Shown: positions 11,603 through 22,307 of the stretch, piece after piece
Layout: the number at the start of each line of letters is the position of its first letter
Numbering within the stretch: position 1 is the stretch's first letter
Assembly (NCBI GenBank): GCA_003327455.1
Contig: QOQU01000004.1
Location: 390,042-454,041, forward strand
Length of the DNA stretch: 64,000 nucleotides
Reading direction: 5' to 3'
From: Anaerolineae bacterium
GTDB lineage: Bacteria > Chloroflexota > Anaerolineae > Anaerolineales > UBA4823
The notes under the pieces: model-generated
What the model saw: the letters and a program-made list of their open reading frames with translations, nothing else
Database searches by the model: none
Told to the model about the DNA's origin: nothing
Made by a program: the position numbers and the translations under genes

Positions 11603-14600
11603 ATGGTGAAACAAGATTTCTCTTTTCAATCCATTATCATGACTTTACAGGACTTCTGGGCAAAGGAAGGCTGTTTGATCTGGCAACCGTACTACACCCA
11701 GGTCGGCGCCGGAACGATGAACCCGGCCACTGCGCTGCGCGTTTTGGGTCCTGAACCCTGGAACGTGGCTTATGTCGAACCTTCGATCCGCCCCGACGAT
11801 GGACGCTATGGCGAAAACCCCAATCGCTTGCAGATGCACTATCAATTTCAAGTGATTCTCAAGCCAGATCCCGGCAACCCACAAGAAATCTATCTGCGTT
11901 CGCTGGAGGCTCTAGGCATTGATCCACGGCAACACGACATCCGTTTTGTCGAAGATAACTGGGAATCGCCAGCCCTGGGCGCCTGGGGACTGGGTTGGGA
12001 AGTCTGGCTGGATGGTCAGGAGATCACGCAATTTACCTACTTCCAGCAAGCCGGCGGACAGGTTTTAGAGCCGGTCTCGGTTGAAATCACTTATGGGCTG
12101 GAGCGCATTGCGATTGCCCTGCAGCGGGTGAGCAGTTTTCGCGAAATTCAATGGAATCAGGCTTTTACCGACGGCGATGTGAACCTGCAAGCGGAACAGG
12201 AACATAGCAAATATTACTTTGAAATCGCCGACGTGGAACGGCTGCGTCAGATGTATGATCTCTTCGAAGCCGAAGCACGCGCCTGTCTGGAACAAGGGCT
12301 GGTCTTGCCCGCCCACGATTATGTCTTGAAGTGCTCGCACACCTTTAACGTTCTGGATACGCGCGGCGCCATTGGCGTCACCGAACGACAGGCCTTTTTT
12401 GGACGCATGCGCGAACTCTCGCGCCGGGTTGCTGAGGCTTACCTTGCCCAACGGCAGGCTTTGGGCTTTCCCTGGCTGGAGCGCGAGGTCCGCCTGGCAT
12501 CTGCTGTCTCCTCTGCTTCTCCTGCCGTGCCGAAAAGCAGCAACCCGCCAATCTCTGCCGCCAGGCCTGCTACAGGAAATGGCGCCCGGCCTTTTGTGTT
12601 CGAAATTGGCAGTGAAGAATTGCCTCCTCAAGACCTTGCCGATGCCCTGGAACAATTGCGTTCGCGTGTGCCTGTCTGGCTGGACGAGTTGCGCTTAGCC
12701 TACGAATCGATCCGGGTGATGGGCACCCCTCGTCGTCTGGTTGTGGTTATTAACGGGCTTGCCGAACGACAAAGCGATCACGAGAGCCTGGTCAAGGGTC
12801 CCCCCGCAGCAAGGGCATTCAACCCGGATGGCAGCCCCACCCCGGCTGCCGAGGGCTTTGCCCGCAGCAAGGGTATAAAAGTCAGCGATTTACAGGTTCA
12901 GGAAATCGATGGTGGGCAGTATGCGGTGGCTGTGCTGCGGGAAGAGGGTCAGCCTGCTGTGACCGTCCTGGCTCAAGCCCTGCCTGAGTGGATTGCCTCC
13001 CTGCGTTTTGAGAAATCGATGCGCTGGAATCAGAGCAACATTGCTTTTTCGCGCCCAATCCGCTGGCTGATGGCAATCTTTGGCAGCACTCCCATCACCT
13101 TCGAGTATGGCGGTCTGACGGCTCAACCGCGCACGCGCGGCCTGCGCTTCCTTGAACCCACCGAAAGGGCGCTCCAATCGGTGGAGGAATATTTCCAATT
13201 CCTGCAAGAGCAGGGAATCGTCCTTGACCCGCCAGAACGTCAGGCGCGCATCACTGCCAGAGTGCAGGAACTTGCCCGGGAAGTCGGCGGGATTTGCCAG
13301 CTGGACACCGACCTGCTCAACGAAGTGACCCATCTGGTCGAAGCCCCAGCCGTCCTGCGCGGCAGCTTTGAAGTTGCCCACCTGGAACTGCCCCGTGAAG
13401 TCCTGATTTCGGTGATGAAAAAGCATCAACGCTATTTCCCCGTCCAGAAGGAGGATGGCACGCTCTTGCCCTACTTCATCACCGTTGCCAATAAACCGGC
13501 TGCCAACGGAAGCTGTGAAGGCGCAGAAGTCATCATCGAGGGGAACGAGCATGTGATTCGCGCCCGCTTTGCCGATGCGGCCTATTTTGTGCGCGAGGAT
13601 CTCAAACAACCTCTGGAGAGCTTCCTGCCGCGCCTGCACACGCTCACTTTTCAGTACAAACTCGGTTCGATGTTAGATAAAGTGCACCGCATCGAGCAAC
13701 TGGTCACCGCCGTTGGGCAGATGTGCGGATTGGCGGATGATGAAATGGCAATTGCCAGGCGCGCCGCCCACCTCTGCAAAGCCGACCTGGCAACCCAAAT
13801 GGTGGTCGAAATGACCTCCTTGCAAGGCACAATGGGACGTTACTACGCCTTAAAGAGTGGGGAAAGCGCGGCGGTTGCCGAAGCCATCTTTGAACACTAT
13901 TTACCGCGCTTTGCCGGGGACTTGCTCCCCAAAACCAGAGCGGGTCTGGTAGTTGGCATCGCCGACCGCCTGGATACCCTGGCCGGCTTATTTGCAGCCG
14001 GTTTAGCCCCCTCCGGAAACAAAGATCCTTTCGCCCAACGGCGCGCCGCCCTGGGTCTGGTGCAAAATCTGCTCGCCTGGAAACTCGATTTCTCGCTCGA
14101 AAAAGCCCTACAGGAAGCTGCCCGGCTCTTGCCCATTGAGGCTTCCGGCGAGAGTCTGGCAACCTGTCAGAATTTCATCGTCGAACGACTGCGCAACTGG
14201 CTGCTCGAGCAGGGCTATCGCTATGATGTCGTGGAAGCGGTGCTGGCGGTGCAGGGAGATAATCCCTTTGCGGCGGAACGAGCCATTCGAGCGTTGAGCC
14301 AGTGGGTAACGCGAGCAGACTGGCACACCATCCTCCCAGCCTATGCCCGCTGTGTGCGCATCAGCCGCGAATTTCAACAACGCTTTGGCGTGGACGAAGC
14401 CCTTTTGCAAGAAGCGGCTGAGCGGGCTCTATATGAAGCGCTCAAGCACGCGGAGAGCATCGCCCGACAGCCGGGTTCGGTGGATGACTTCTTGAACGCC
14501 TTTCTGCCGCTTATTCCGCCGATCAACCGCTTTTTTGACGAAGTGCTGGTGATGTGCGAGGATGTAAGCCTGCGCCAAAACCGCCTCGGCTTGCTGCAGC

Positions 14601-14656
14601 GGATTGTCGCCCTGGCTGACGGGGTTGCCGATCTCTCGCGCCTGGAAGGATTCTAA
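11603..14656 (+). CDS. glyQS: Glycine--tRNA ligase, fused alpha and beta subunits
   Basis: The alpha part reads [17 protein letters not shown]...[21 protein letters not shown]. An S/P/A-rich linker follows, then the beta part ([10 protein letters not shown]...). I place the start at the ATG at 11603 (MVKQDF), not the upstream alternative start at 11552. Confidence 0.93.
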   Translation: MVKQDFSFQSIIMTLQDFWAKEGCLIWQPYYTQVGAGTMNPATALRVLGPEPWNVAYVEPSIRPDDGRYGENPNRLQMHYQFQVILKPDPGNPQEIYLRSLEALGIDPRQHDIRFVEDNWESPALGAWGLGWEVWLDGQEITQFTYFQQAGGQVLEPVSVEITYGLERIAIALQRVSSFREIQWNQAFTDGDVNLQAEQEHSKYYFEIADVERLRQMYDLFEAEARACLEQGLVLPAHDYVLKCSHTFNVLDTRGAIGVTERQAFFGRMRELSRRVAEAYLAQRQALGFPWLEREVRLASAVSSASPAVPKSSNPPISAARPATGNGARPFVFEIGSEELPPQDLADALEQLRSRVPVWLDELRLAYESIRVMGTPRRLVVVINGLAERQSDHESLVKGPPAARAFNPDGSPTPAAEGFARSKGIKVSDLQVQEIDGGQYAVAVLREEGQPAVTVLAQALPEWIASLRFEKSMRWNQSNIAFSRPIRWLMAIFGSTPITFEYGGLTAQPRTRGLRFLEPTERALQSVEEYFQFLQEQGIVLDPPERQARITARVQELAREVGGICQLDTDLLNEVTHLVEAPAVLRGSFEVAHLELPREVLISVMKKHQRYFPVQKEDGTLLPYFITVANKPAANGSCEGAEVIIEGNEHVIRARFADAAYFVREDLKQPLESFLPRLHTLTFQYKLGSMLDKVHRIEQLVTAVGQMCGLADDEMAIARRAAHLCKADLATQMVVEMTSLQGTMGRYYALKSGESAAVAEAIFEHYLPRFAGDLLPKTRAGLVVGIADRLDTLAGLFAAGLAPSGNKDPFAQRRAALGLVQNLLAWKLDFSLEKALQEAARLLPIEASGESLATCQNFIVERLRNWLLEQGYRYDVVEAVLAVQGDNPFAAERAIRALSQWVTRADWHTILPAYARCVRISREFQQRFGVDEALLQEAAERALYEALKHAESIARQPGSVDDFLNAFLPLIPPINRFFDEVLVMCEDVSLRQNRLGLLQRIVALADGVADLSRLEGF

Positions 14657-14834
14657 GAAAGCCCCCGCCGGGCTTCAATTCCGATTTCGTGAGAGCTTGT
14701 AAGAGAGTTGGGCAGAAAGTGCGCCAGAATATAAGGATGGTGCAGTAGCCAGAGAGCGACCGCAGAGGGCAAATGACAGATATTGAAGCCGGGTTGGGCA
14801 GGCGGGGCGTTAAAGTTTTGCGCCTAAAAAGTCC

Positions 14835-14863
14835 TTACAGGGGCGTTGTTTTCGTCTTATAAT
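14835..14863 (+). promoter_or_regulatory. Sigma70-like promoter candidate (TTACAG-17-TATAAT)
   Basis: Hexamers at 14835-14840 and 14858-14863 with a 17-nt spacer, about 40 nt upstream of the GGAGGA RBS and the ATG at 14903. Confidence 0.45.
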
Positions 14864-14902
14864 TGCACAACGCGTAACTTTGCATTTTGGAGGAAATATT
14901 CA

Positions 14903-15844
14903 ATGACAGTCTGGTCGGTTCTCATCACGGATGGCTTGGAAGAAAGCGGCAAAGCCATTTTACGTTCTGCTTGTGAAGTGGATGACCGCAAGGGAATTTC
15001 CGGCGAAGAATTGGCGCAAGTGATTGCCGGTTACGATGCCCTGATCGTGCGCAGTCGCACGAAGGTTACCGCCGATTTACTGGCTCAGGCTTCAAAATTG
15101 AAGGTGATCGGTCGCGCCGGGGTGGGTGTGGATAACATCGATCTGGCAGCGGCTTCGGCGCGTCAGATTACAGTCGTCAATGCGCCTCAGTCAACCACGA
15201 TTGCCGTTGCTGAACATACCATCGCCATGATGGTTGCCCTGGCGCGCAACCTGACCCAGGCGGATGCCAGTATGAAAAACGGACAATGGTTGAAGTCGCA
15301 GTTAATGGGCAGTGAGCTCTACGGCAAGACATTTGGATTGATCGGGGTGGGCAATATCGGCACGCAAGTCGCCCAGCGGGCGGCAGCCTTTGGGATGACT
15401 GTCCTCGGCTACGACCCCTACTTAAACGAGGAACAAATCCAAAAGCGCGGCGCTCAGCCGGTTTCGCTGAACGATCTCTTTGCGCAGTCGGATTACATCA
15501 GTGTGCATGTGCCGCTCAACCCAGAGACACGCAACATGCTGGATGGACAGGCATTTTCCGCCATGAAGCGCGGCGTGCGCATCATCTGCACCGCCCGCGG
15601 GGGCGTCATTGATGAGACCGCCTTGCTCCAGGCAATCGAAGCCGGACAGGTAGCCGGGGCAGCCCTGGATGTATTTGCCGTCGAACCGCCCGGTTTGACT
15701 GCGCTGGTGGCTCATCCCAAGGTGATTGCCACTCCTCATATTGCTGCCCAAACCATCGAGGCACAAGGGCGCGCTGCGGTTGACATAGCTGAAGAAATCC
15801 TGGCTGCCTTAGAAGGCAAACCTCTGCGCTGGAAAGTGGTATAA
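14903..15844 (+). CDS. D-isomer-specific 2-hydroxyacid dehydrogenase (short phosphoglycerate dehydrogenase-like)
   Basis: NAD-binding loop GLIGVGNIG, catalytic region TARGGVIDE...ALDVF and a HIAAQT histidine. The start is moved to the ATG at 14903 behind GGAGGA; the track start at 14846 lies inside the predicted promoter. Confidence 0.85.
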   Translation: MTVWSVLITDGLEESGKAILRSACEVDDRKGISGEELAQVIAGYDALIVRSRTKVTADLLAQASKLKVIGRAGVGVDNIDLAAASARQITVVNAPQSTTIAVAEHTIAMMVALARNLTQADASMKNGQWLKSQLMGSELYGKTFGLIGVGNIGTQVAQRAAAFGMTVLGYDPYLNEEQIQKRGAQPVSLNDLFAQSDYISVHVPLNPETRNMLDGQAFSAMKRGVRIICTARGGVIDETALLQAIEAGQVAGAALDVFAVEPPGLTALVAHPKVIATPHIAAQTIEAQGRAAVDIAEEILAALEGKPLRWKVV

Positions 15845-15883
15845 ATCCACCAGCGTACAAAAATCCCCAAATTCAGGTGTAGA

Positions 15884-17389
15884 ATGACAACCAAAGTCGA
15901 ACAACTCAAAACTCATCTGGCTGAGATCGTTGACCTGGGTTACATCGGCAACCTGCTCGGCTGGGATCAAGAGACCAATATGCCGCCCGCCGGGGTCAAA
16001 GAGCGCGGCGAACAAATGGCAACCCTGGCTCGCCTGGTACAACAACGCATGACCTCGGACGAGTTTCTGCGCGCTTTAGAGGAAGCTGAGGCAGAAGTTG
16101 CCGGCTTCGATCCCGACTCCGATGAAGCCCGTCTGGTCAGGGTTACCCGTCGGGAGGTAGATAAGCGCATCAAAGTGCCCAGCCGCTATTACGAAGAGCT
16201 TTCCCAACTGGCTGTCGAGTCGTATGCAGCCTGGAAACAAGCCCGTGAGCAGGATCACTTCGAGCATTTCCGCCCTTACCTGGAACGGATGGTTGAACTG
16301 CGCCGCGAGTTCGCCTCCTACTTCAGCCCCTATGAGCATGTCTATGATCCTTTGCTCAACGAGTTTGAGCCGGGCTTGAAGACCAGAGAGGTGCAAAAGA
16401 TCTTCGATGAGCTTCGCCCGCAACAGGTCGCCCTGATTCAGGAGATCACCTCCCGACCTCAGGTGGATGACTCCCCTCTCCATCAGCATTTCGATCCCCA
16501 GAAACAATGGGACTTCGGCGTTGAGGTGATCACCAGGTTTGGCTACGATTGGGAGCGCGGCCGTCAGGATAAAGCTGCCCATCCTTTTACCACCAGCTTT
16601 GGCTTGAATGACGTGCGGATCACGACCCGCATTCTGGAGGATACCGTTGGCTCGGCGTTGTTCAGCACCATGCACGAATGCGGGCATGCTCTCTATGACC
16701 TTGGTTCGGATGCCGCCCTGGCACGCACCCCCTTAGCCGGCGGAAGCTCGCTCGCCCTGCACGAATCGCAATCTCGTCTGTGGGAAAATCTGGTCGGTCG
16801 TTCCCGACCCTTCTGGGAGCATTTCTACCCTCGCCTGCAAGCCTATTTCCCCGAGCAATTGGGAAACGTCCCCCTGGACGCTTTTTACAAGGGAATCAAC
16901 AAAGTGCAACCCTCCCTCATTCGCGTCGAAGCGGACGAGGCGACCTATAACCTGCACGTCATGTTGCGTTTAGACCTTGAAATCCAGTTAATGAGCGGTG
17001 AGTTAGAGACCAGGCATCTGCCCGAAGCCTGGAACAGTCACATGCAGGAGTATTTGGGGCTAACGCCTCACAATAACGCCGATGGCGTGTTGCAGGACGT
17101 TCACTGGTCGCATGGTTATATTGGCTACTTCCCCACCTACGCCCTGGGCAATCTCATCTCGGTGCAATTGTGGGAAGCGATTCACAAGGATATCCCCGAC
17201 TTAGAAGATCAAATCCGCCGCGGTGAGTTTGGCGAATTATTAAGCTGGCTGCGAGAGAAAATCCACCGCCATGGAGGTAAATTCGAAGCGCCGGAACTCG
17301 TGCAACGCATCACCGGTCAGGCGATCACTCCTCAGCCCTATATTCGTTATTTACGCCAGAAATACGGCGAAATCTACGGTTTTTCCTGA
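15884..17389 (+). CDS. Carboxypeptidase Taq-type M32 metallopeptidase
   Basis: 501 aa with the HECGHALY zinc motif (HExxH), a downstream HESQSRLWEN and a DVHWS...GYFPTYALG tail, all typical of M32. Confidence 0.92.
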   Translation: MTTKVEQLKTHLAEIVDLGYIGNLLGWDQETNMPPAGVKERGEQMATLARLVQQRMTSDEFLRALEEAEAEVAGFDPDSDEARLVRVTRREVDKRIKVPSRYYEELSQLAVESYAAWKQAREQDHFEHFRPYLERMVELRREFASYFSPYEHVYDPLLNEFEPGLKTREVQKIFDELRPQQVALIQEITSRPQVDDSPLHQHFDPQKQWDFGVEVITRFGYDWERGRQDKAAHPFTTSFGLNDVRITTRILEDTVGSALFSTMHECGHALYDLGSDAALARTPLAGGSSLALHESQSRLWENLVGRSRPFWEHFYPRLQAYFPEQLGNVPLDAFYKGINKVQPSLIRVEADEATYNLHVMLRLDLEIQLMSGELETRHLPEAWNSHMQEYLGLTPHNNADGVLQDVHWSHGYIGYFPTYALGNLISVQLWEAIHKDIPDLEDQIRRGEFGELLSWLREKIHRHGGKFEAPELVQRITGQAITPQPYIRYLRQKYGEIYGFS

Positions 17390-17412
17390 GAATTGTCTTT
17401 TCGGGAGGCTGT

Positions 17413-17778
17413 ATGGCGCGCATTCTCTTTATTGACGACGATCCCATGACCCTCGAAACGCTTTCCAAAGCGGTTGAGGTTTTCGGTCACCAGGCGCTTC
17501 ACGCCCATAACGGCAAAGAAGGTCTGGAGTTAGCCCGCCAGCAGTCTCCCGATCTGATCTTCACCGATTTGCGTTTACCCGATATGGAGGGTTTGGTGCT
17601 GGTCGAACGCTTGCACAACGACCCTTTGACTGCGCCAATTCCGGTTTTGGTTTTATCTGCCAGCCCAGCCCTGGACGAAACCGAGCGCGCTCAAGCGGTA
17701 GGCGCCCAGGGATTTATCAGCAAGCCGATCCGTTTGCAGGCGTTACTGGAACTGATCCAAAAACATTGCGCTTCATGA
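17413..17778 (+). CDS. Stand-alone response-regulator receiver domain (CheY-like)
   Basis: 121 aa with ILFIDDD, a phosphoacceptor context DLIFTDLRLPDMEG, and a FISKP lysine. Confidence 0.9.
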   Translation: MARILFIDDDPMTLETLSKAVEVFGHQALHAHNGKEGLELARQQSPDLIFTDLRLPDMEGLVLVERLHNDPLTAPIPVLVLSASPALDETERAQAVGAQGFISKPIRLQALLELIQKHCAS

Positions 17779-17813
17779 GTGGCTTTGCCCTTTTACAAGC
17801 AAAGCGATATTGG

Positions 17814-18809
17814 ATGGATATCCTGATTCGCTTCCTGGGACGGCTTTGGGTCGTAGCCCTGGTGGTAAACCTTTCAGGGTGTGCTTTGAGCAACCCGGCA
17901 AACGTCCCTACCCCCTATCCCAGCGAAGTCTTGCCCACGGTGATCGCCCAAACCGTTCAAGCCCAACGCACCGAACAAGCCCGTTCGCTAACCAACGGCG
18001 TTCTCCAGCAAGCTACCCTAACCTCCTCGACTTTAGAATCTCCCCTTGCTTCACCTTCCCCCAGCCACACACCTGCTCTAACCCATACCCCACGTCCAGA
18101 GCAACTTGTCCCTCTGGCAGTTACCCCTCCTTCGCAGGCAACGGTGCCCAATGCCATCATCCAGATCAGGCGCCCAGGTCCCTATTCCAAAGTTGCCTCG
18201 CCGATCGCCCTGCAAGCCTATCTCAAGCCCGGCAAGGGCAGGCAGGTGCAAATTGAACTATTCGGCGAAGATCGCCGGGTGCTGGTGCGCCTGATCCAAC
18301 CCATCCTCTGGATCGATCGCTCTGGTTTTGCCCGGTTGTATAAAGATATCCCCTTTGAGATTCCGGGCGTAGCGGAAGCCGCCTGGCTGACGCTTTCGGT
18401 CACCGATGACCTGGGGCGGGTCACGGCGGTGAACTCCACGCCCCTGATCCTGCTCTCGATCGGCGACTCGGATATTATCCCGGCGGTGGACTTGCGCACG
18501 CCGATTGTAATTCAAGAACCCCAACCCAATGCGTTGGTTCAAGGGAAAAAAGTCGTTGTCAGCGGGTTGGTGCGCAGCGGCGGTGACACCTATTTGATGA
18601 TTCAACTCTGGGATGCGCAGGGCAAAGTGTTGGGACAGCGGGTGACCAACGTTCAACCTGCAAAAGAACTGGGCTTCGGCTCTTTTAATACCGAGGTAAC
18701 CTATACCGTAACAGAACCCACCCCGGCTTTACTGGTGGTATGGCAGGGAGTTGGCAGCCTGAGCAATATCCTTTATCTTGAAAGCGTCGAAGTGCTGCTC
18801 AGCCCGTGA
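17814..18809 (+). CDS. Secreted lipoprotein, possibly with Ig-like (Gmad2-type) domains
   Basis: Lipobox VVNLSGCAL after a hydrophobic segment, then an S/T/P-rich linker and two beta-rich modules. The start could equally be 17766 or 17775. The domain call is pattern recognition only. Confidence 0.45.
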   Translation: MDILIRFLGRLWVVALVVNLSGCALSNPANVPTPYPSEVLPTVIAQTVQAQRTEQARSLTNGVLQQATLTSSTLESPLASPSPSHTPALTHTPRPEQLVPLAVTPPSQATVPNAIIQIRRPGPYSKVASPIALQAYLKPGKGRQVQIELFGEDRRVLVRLIQPILWIDRSGFARLYKDIPFEIPGVAEAAWLTLSVTDDLGRVTAVNSTPLILLSIGDSDIIPAVDLRTPIVIQEPQPNALVQGKKVVVSGLVRSGGDTYLMIQLWDAQGKVLGQRVTNVQPAKELGFGSFNTEVTYTVTEPTPALLVVWQGVGSLSNILYLESVEVLLSP

Positions 18810-18854
18810 GGATGAACAAGAAAAGGGGCTGAACAGCACTTCCAGAACTCTGAG

Positions 18855-18872
18855 ACCACCCCAGTGGGTGGT
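18855..18872. terminator. Hairpin between convergent genes
   Basis: ACCACCC-cagt-GGGTGGT, followed by TT, lies between the + gene ending at 18809 and the - gene ending at 18910. There is no long T tract. Confidence 0.35.
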
Positions 18873-18909
18873 TTAACCTGCCTGCCAGGAAGATGGGTTC
18901 ATGAAATGC

Positions 18910-20271
18910 TCAGGGTGTGGCGGTAGGCAGGGGGATCACCGTTGGAATGCCGGTTTGTGTGGCGGTGGGTGTCGGGCTTGCGGCCACCGTCGGACTTGCC
19001 ACGCTGGTTGCAGTGGGTGTGTTGGTTGGCGCGCCGGTTGCCGTTGGGGTTGGCGTTTTGGTAGGCAAGACCCCGCCACTGCGCACCGATGGCACGAACC
19101 AAAAGGCATTCGGATTGCCATCTTTGGCGTTGTTCGTCACCGTCAGGATAAACTTAACCTGCTTATCCGCCAGAAAGCTGAGATCAATATCGATCAGGGT
19201 CGTCTTGCCATCGTTGGTTTCAACCCACTCACCCAGTGTTTGGGCTTTGTTGCCGGGCACCTGATACTGGAGGTTAAAGGTGACTTTACAACTCGGGCTC
19301 TGGTCAAGACAGCCGATTTCAGCGATAAAGTGATCGCCGTTTTTCACCTTGAAAGCCGGATAAATCCCCTGAATCCAGCTCCCCTTGCTCTTCGGAGGGC
19401 GCGTCCACAGGGTGGGCTCATTCTCTTGCCGATTGCCCTCTAATTTGGGGTTGCCCAGGAAAATGACCGAACCGTTGGCGCTCTTGCTGTTGCCCGGACA
19501 GGGTAACTCACCGGCGTTGCTCTTCCAGCTCGCCAGGCACATTGCCGTAGCGAGGTCATAGCGATAGTCGGCGATCGGCTTTAGCACGCTAATCTTAACC
19601 GAGAGGGCAGTTTTGCCTCCTGCTCCCACGCCGAAGAGTTTGTCGTTTTCATTGGCTAACATCCAGTAACTCTGGTAATTGCCAGCCTTGCTGGGGGCAG
19701 TCAGTTCGACGGCGATATCCACGACCTCACCGGGGGATACTCGCCCATCAAAGGGATAGATTTTCTTGACGCCCATCTCTGTGCCGTCCACAAAGCGCAA
19801 GGCGTAGTTTTTCGTCCAGGGACAAGAGCCGATGTTCTTCACGCGCCAGATTTTGGTAAAGGAACTTTCAGACGGCAAAAGGGTGCCATCGGTAATGGTG
19901 ATATCGGCAATGAACTGTGCCAGGTCACAGGGCACGCTGGGTGGAGCCACTGTAGGAGCAGGCGAAGTGGCGACAATCGGCGGAATGGGAGTGGGGCTGG
20001 GCAGAGGAGTAAACGTGGCAATTTCCGGCGTAGGAAAGATCGGCGTTGGGGTAGCCGGGAGAGGCTGTGCCATTTCGGTCAGCATCGCCACCGCCGTCTG
20101 CCCGGCAAGCTCGGTAATCATTGCCTGCACCGTGGCAGCCGCCTGGGTATAGATGGCGCCAGGGTCTTCGGTGACCACCGCGCGGCTTGGAATGCGGCAC
20201 GCCAAGGCGCTCAAAAGCAACAGGAAAAGAAGGAGAGGAATACGAATCGTTTTCATAGGCTTCTTTCTCAC
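18910..20271 (-). CDS. Secreted protein with an NBR1-type Ig-like (N_BRCA1_IG) domain and P/T-rich linkers
   Basis: Signal peptide MKTIRIPLLLFLLLLSALA. The domain signature reads CDLAQFIADITITDGTLLPSESSFTKIWRVKNIGSCPW. The C-terminal tail is PT-rich (PTKTPTPTATGAPTNTPTAT...). Confidence 0.7.
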   Translation of the reverse strand: MRKKPMKTIRIPLLLFLLLLSALACRIPSRAVVTEDPGAIYTQAAATVQAMITELAGQTAVAMLTEMAQPLPATPTPIFPTPEIATFTPLPSPTPIPPIVATSPAPTVAPPSVPCDLAQFIADITITDGTLLPSESSFTKIWRVKNIGSCPWTKNYALRFVDGTEMGVKKIYPFDGRVSPGEVVDIAVELTAPSKAGNYQSYWMLANENDKLFGVGAGGKTALSVKISVLKPIADYRYDLATAMCLASWKSNAGELPCPGNSKSANGSVIFLGNPKLEGNRQENEPTLWTRPPKSKGSWIQGIYPAFKVKNGDHFIAEIGCLDQSPSCKVTFNLQYQVPGNKAQTLGEWVETNDGKTTLIDIDLSFLADKQVKFILTVTNNAKDGNPNAFWFVPSVRSGGVLPTKTPTPTATGAPTNTPTATSVASPTVAASPTPTATQTGIPTVIPLPTATP

Positions 20272-20279
20272 AGAATCAA

Positions 20280-21494
20280 CTATTCCAATAACCAGTAGGC
20301 AATCTCTTGCACAAATACTTTGAACGGATCCGATTCGGCCGCCGCAATGAACAGGCCAAAACGCCCTTTGAGATAGGCACTATCCCGCACTTCGGCAAGC
20401 AAGATGTTGTTGGCATACAGCTTCAGGGTCGAGCCGTTTGCCCAAACGCCCAGGCGGTTGGTCTGGTTGGCGCCGCTCAGGATTGCCTGGGAAGCGGTCC
20501 ATTCTTGCAAGGGGGTATAGTTGCTCCCATCCCACTTGTAGATGCGGAAGCGGCCCTCACAGGAAAAGCCATAGACATAACCGGCGTTGGGATTGGGTGC
20601 CCGAAAGAGCAAACCGTAACGGTCTTTGCCGCTGCATTGCTCGCCCGTGCGAAATTCGACCTGCATGTAGAAATCCTGAATGGCAGCGTGGGTGGCTAAG
20701 CCCCATTCCTCCCTGCCACCTGGGGTGGCTTCCATGATCAAGGCGCCATCTTTGACCTTAAATTCGGTGGTATTGGTTTCCAAAAGGTACCAGTTGGCAG
20801 CATTCTTAAAGGTATCCCGCCAGGTCGGCGACCCCAGGTTCAAATCGCTGACTGTCTCAGAAACCACAATGCGCACCCAAAATGGTTTATCGGCTTTTTC
20901 GCCAAGCCCAAAGCGGCTGCCATCGGCGCTTTTCAACATCCATTGCCCCTGATATTGACCGCTTTCCAGAGGTGCCGTCATTTCTACAGAAAGATCAACG
21001 GTCTCCTGCGGTTGTACATAGCCGGTCAGAGGAATTTCAAGCGCAGCTTCCAGACGATCCCCTTCAACGAAGACCAGGGCATATTGCGGCGACCAGGTGC
21101 AATCACCGCTGTTGCGCAGACGCCAGGTTTTGTTAAATCGCTCGCCGGGTTTGAAGGAGGTATTATCGGGTACACTGACATCCTTGACAAATTCCGCTCG
21201 ATCGGTGCAGAGATCGCTGCGCGGCGTTGGCAGGGTAGCGGTGGGCGTGTTTGTGGGTCGGGTCGGCAGGGTTGGCGAAGGCGCCGGCGGGACGGTGGCA
21301 GTCGGAGGCGCCAGGGTGCCAGCCATCTGGGTCATGAGCAGGATTTGCACCGCCTCGGAGGTCATGGTAGGGGCTGCTGATTCCGGAGGTGGGGTTTGGA
21401 GCTGGGAAGCAGGAAAATTACAACTCACCAGAAACACCATAATCAAGGCAAGGGTCACCCACGCAAAAATTCGATTTTTCCACAAACGCTTCAT
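20280..21494 (-). CDS. Secreted lipoprotein: NBR1-type Ig-like domain plus a LamG/DUF1080-like beta-sandwich
   Basis: Lipobox LVSCNF. The NBR1 signature reads CTDRAEFVKDVSVPDNTSFKPGERFNKTWRLRNSGDCTW. The C-terminal 190 aa (FYMQVEFR...YGLLFR...FRIYKW...LYANN) looks like a concanavalin-type fold. Confidence 0.65.
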   Translation of the reverse strand: MKRLWKNRIFAWVTLALIMVFLVSCNFPASQLQTPPPESAAPTMTSEAVQILLMTQMAGTLAPPTATVPPAPSPTLPTRPTNTPTATLPTPRSDLCTDRAEFVKDVSVPDNTSFKPGERFNKTWRLRNSGDCTWSPQYALVFVEGDRLEAALEIPLTGYVQPQETVDLSVEMTAPLESGQYQGQWMLKSADGSRFGLGEKADKPFWVRIVVSETVSDLNLGSPTWRDTFKNAANWYLLETNTTEFKVKDGALIMEATPGGREEWGLATHAAIQDFYMQVEFRTGEQCSGKDRYGLLFRAPNPNAGYVYGFSCEGRFRIYKWDGSNYTPLQEWTASQAILSGANQTNRLGVWANGSTLKLYANNILLAEVRDSAYLKGRFGLFIAAAESDPFKVFVQEIAYWLLE

Positions 21495-21941
21495 CTTCTT
21501 TCTCTCTCCTTATCGCCAAACCAGCCTCACGAATGGATTGTTAATCCTGTGCTAAGGGTATTATATCTTGTGTCCGCGAGACGAACTTTCTGCGTTAGCA
21601 GGTTCTGGTCGTCTGAGAAACAGGATTGGATAGCCAGCCTTACCCATCGGAAAAGCAGATCCATGTCAATAGGCTCTCTTCATCTCATGGACGCAAACCC
21701 AAGGTCTTTTGTTCTCCTAATGGATTAAGCGTACCCATCCTTCGTCAAAAAGGCGGCTGTTTGCAATGCTCACGCTTGCTCTCTCCTCAAGGGTGAAAAG
21801 TGAAACAACGTTTTTACCGAGTCGTGGCAAAAATCTTCTTTTCATCAGCATCGCTTCTCTCAACAATTTCCTGCATGGATAGTCCTGCTGAAAAAACCAG
21901 TTTCAGTTGCTCTCCACGAACAGAGGTTATATAATAAAATC

Positions 21942-22307
21942 ATGAGTGTCATCCCTTTACCGCCCCCTGTTTCGGTTCGAAAACGCATTCCCATGCGCGT
22001 CATTCGCGCGGTCGTTGATCATATTGCCAAAACATTTCAACCGGAAAAAATCATCCTTTTTGGTTCTTACGCCTATGGCAAGCCAACACCAGGGAGTGAC
22101 ATTGATCTTCTTGTCATCATGGACTCTCCAAGAGACGACCTTGAAACCGCTTTGGAGATTCGCCGTTCGTTTCCTTTACTCAATTTTGGTCTCGATATCA
22201 TTGTGCGTTCTTCCGAAACCATCGAACTGCGCAAACAGCTTGGAGATTGGTTTTTGATTGAAGTTACCGAGAGAGGCAAAATTCTCTATGAACGACCTGA
22301 CCGATGA
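21942..22307 (+). CDS. Nucleotidyltransferase (MNT) antitoxin-type protein
   Basis: The GSYAYGKPTPGSDIDLLV motif (GSxxxGxxxxxSDxDL) of the pol-beta superfamily is present. Size is 121 aa. Confidence 0.85.
   Translation: MSVIPLPPPVSVRKRIPMRVIRAVVDHIAKTFQPEKIILFGSYAYGKPTPGSDIDLLVIMDSPRDDLETALEIRRSFPLLNFGLDIIVRSSETIELRKQLGDWFLIEVTERGKILYERPDR

Noticed and set aside
12890-13639. 249-aa minus ORF, plus 12065..12655 and 13704..14162
   Set aside because: They are antisense to glyQS and contain no recognisable motifs.
18901-19443. 180-aa + ORF and overlapping ORFs over the P/T-rich tail
   Set aside because: They are antisense to the NBR1-domain gene. The G/C/R-rich translation is generated by the complement of ACC/CCN Pro/Thr codons.
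21495-21941. Possible gene remnants upstream of the MNT gene (for example the minus-strand fragment MQEIVERSDADEKKIFATTR)
   Set aside because: Only broken frames of about 20 codons are present, with no recognisable family. This is noted only as possible decayed DNA.
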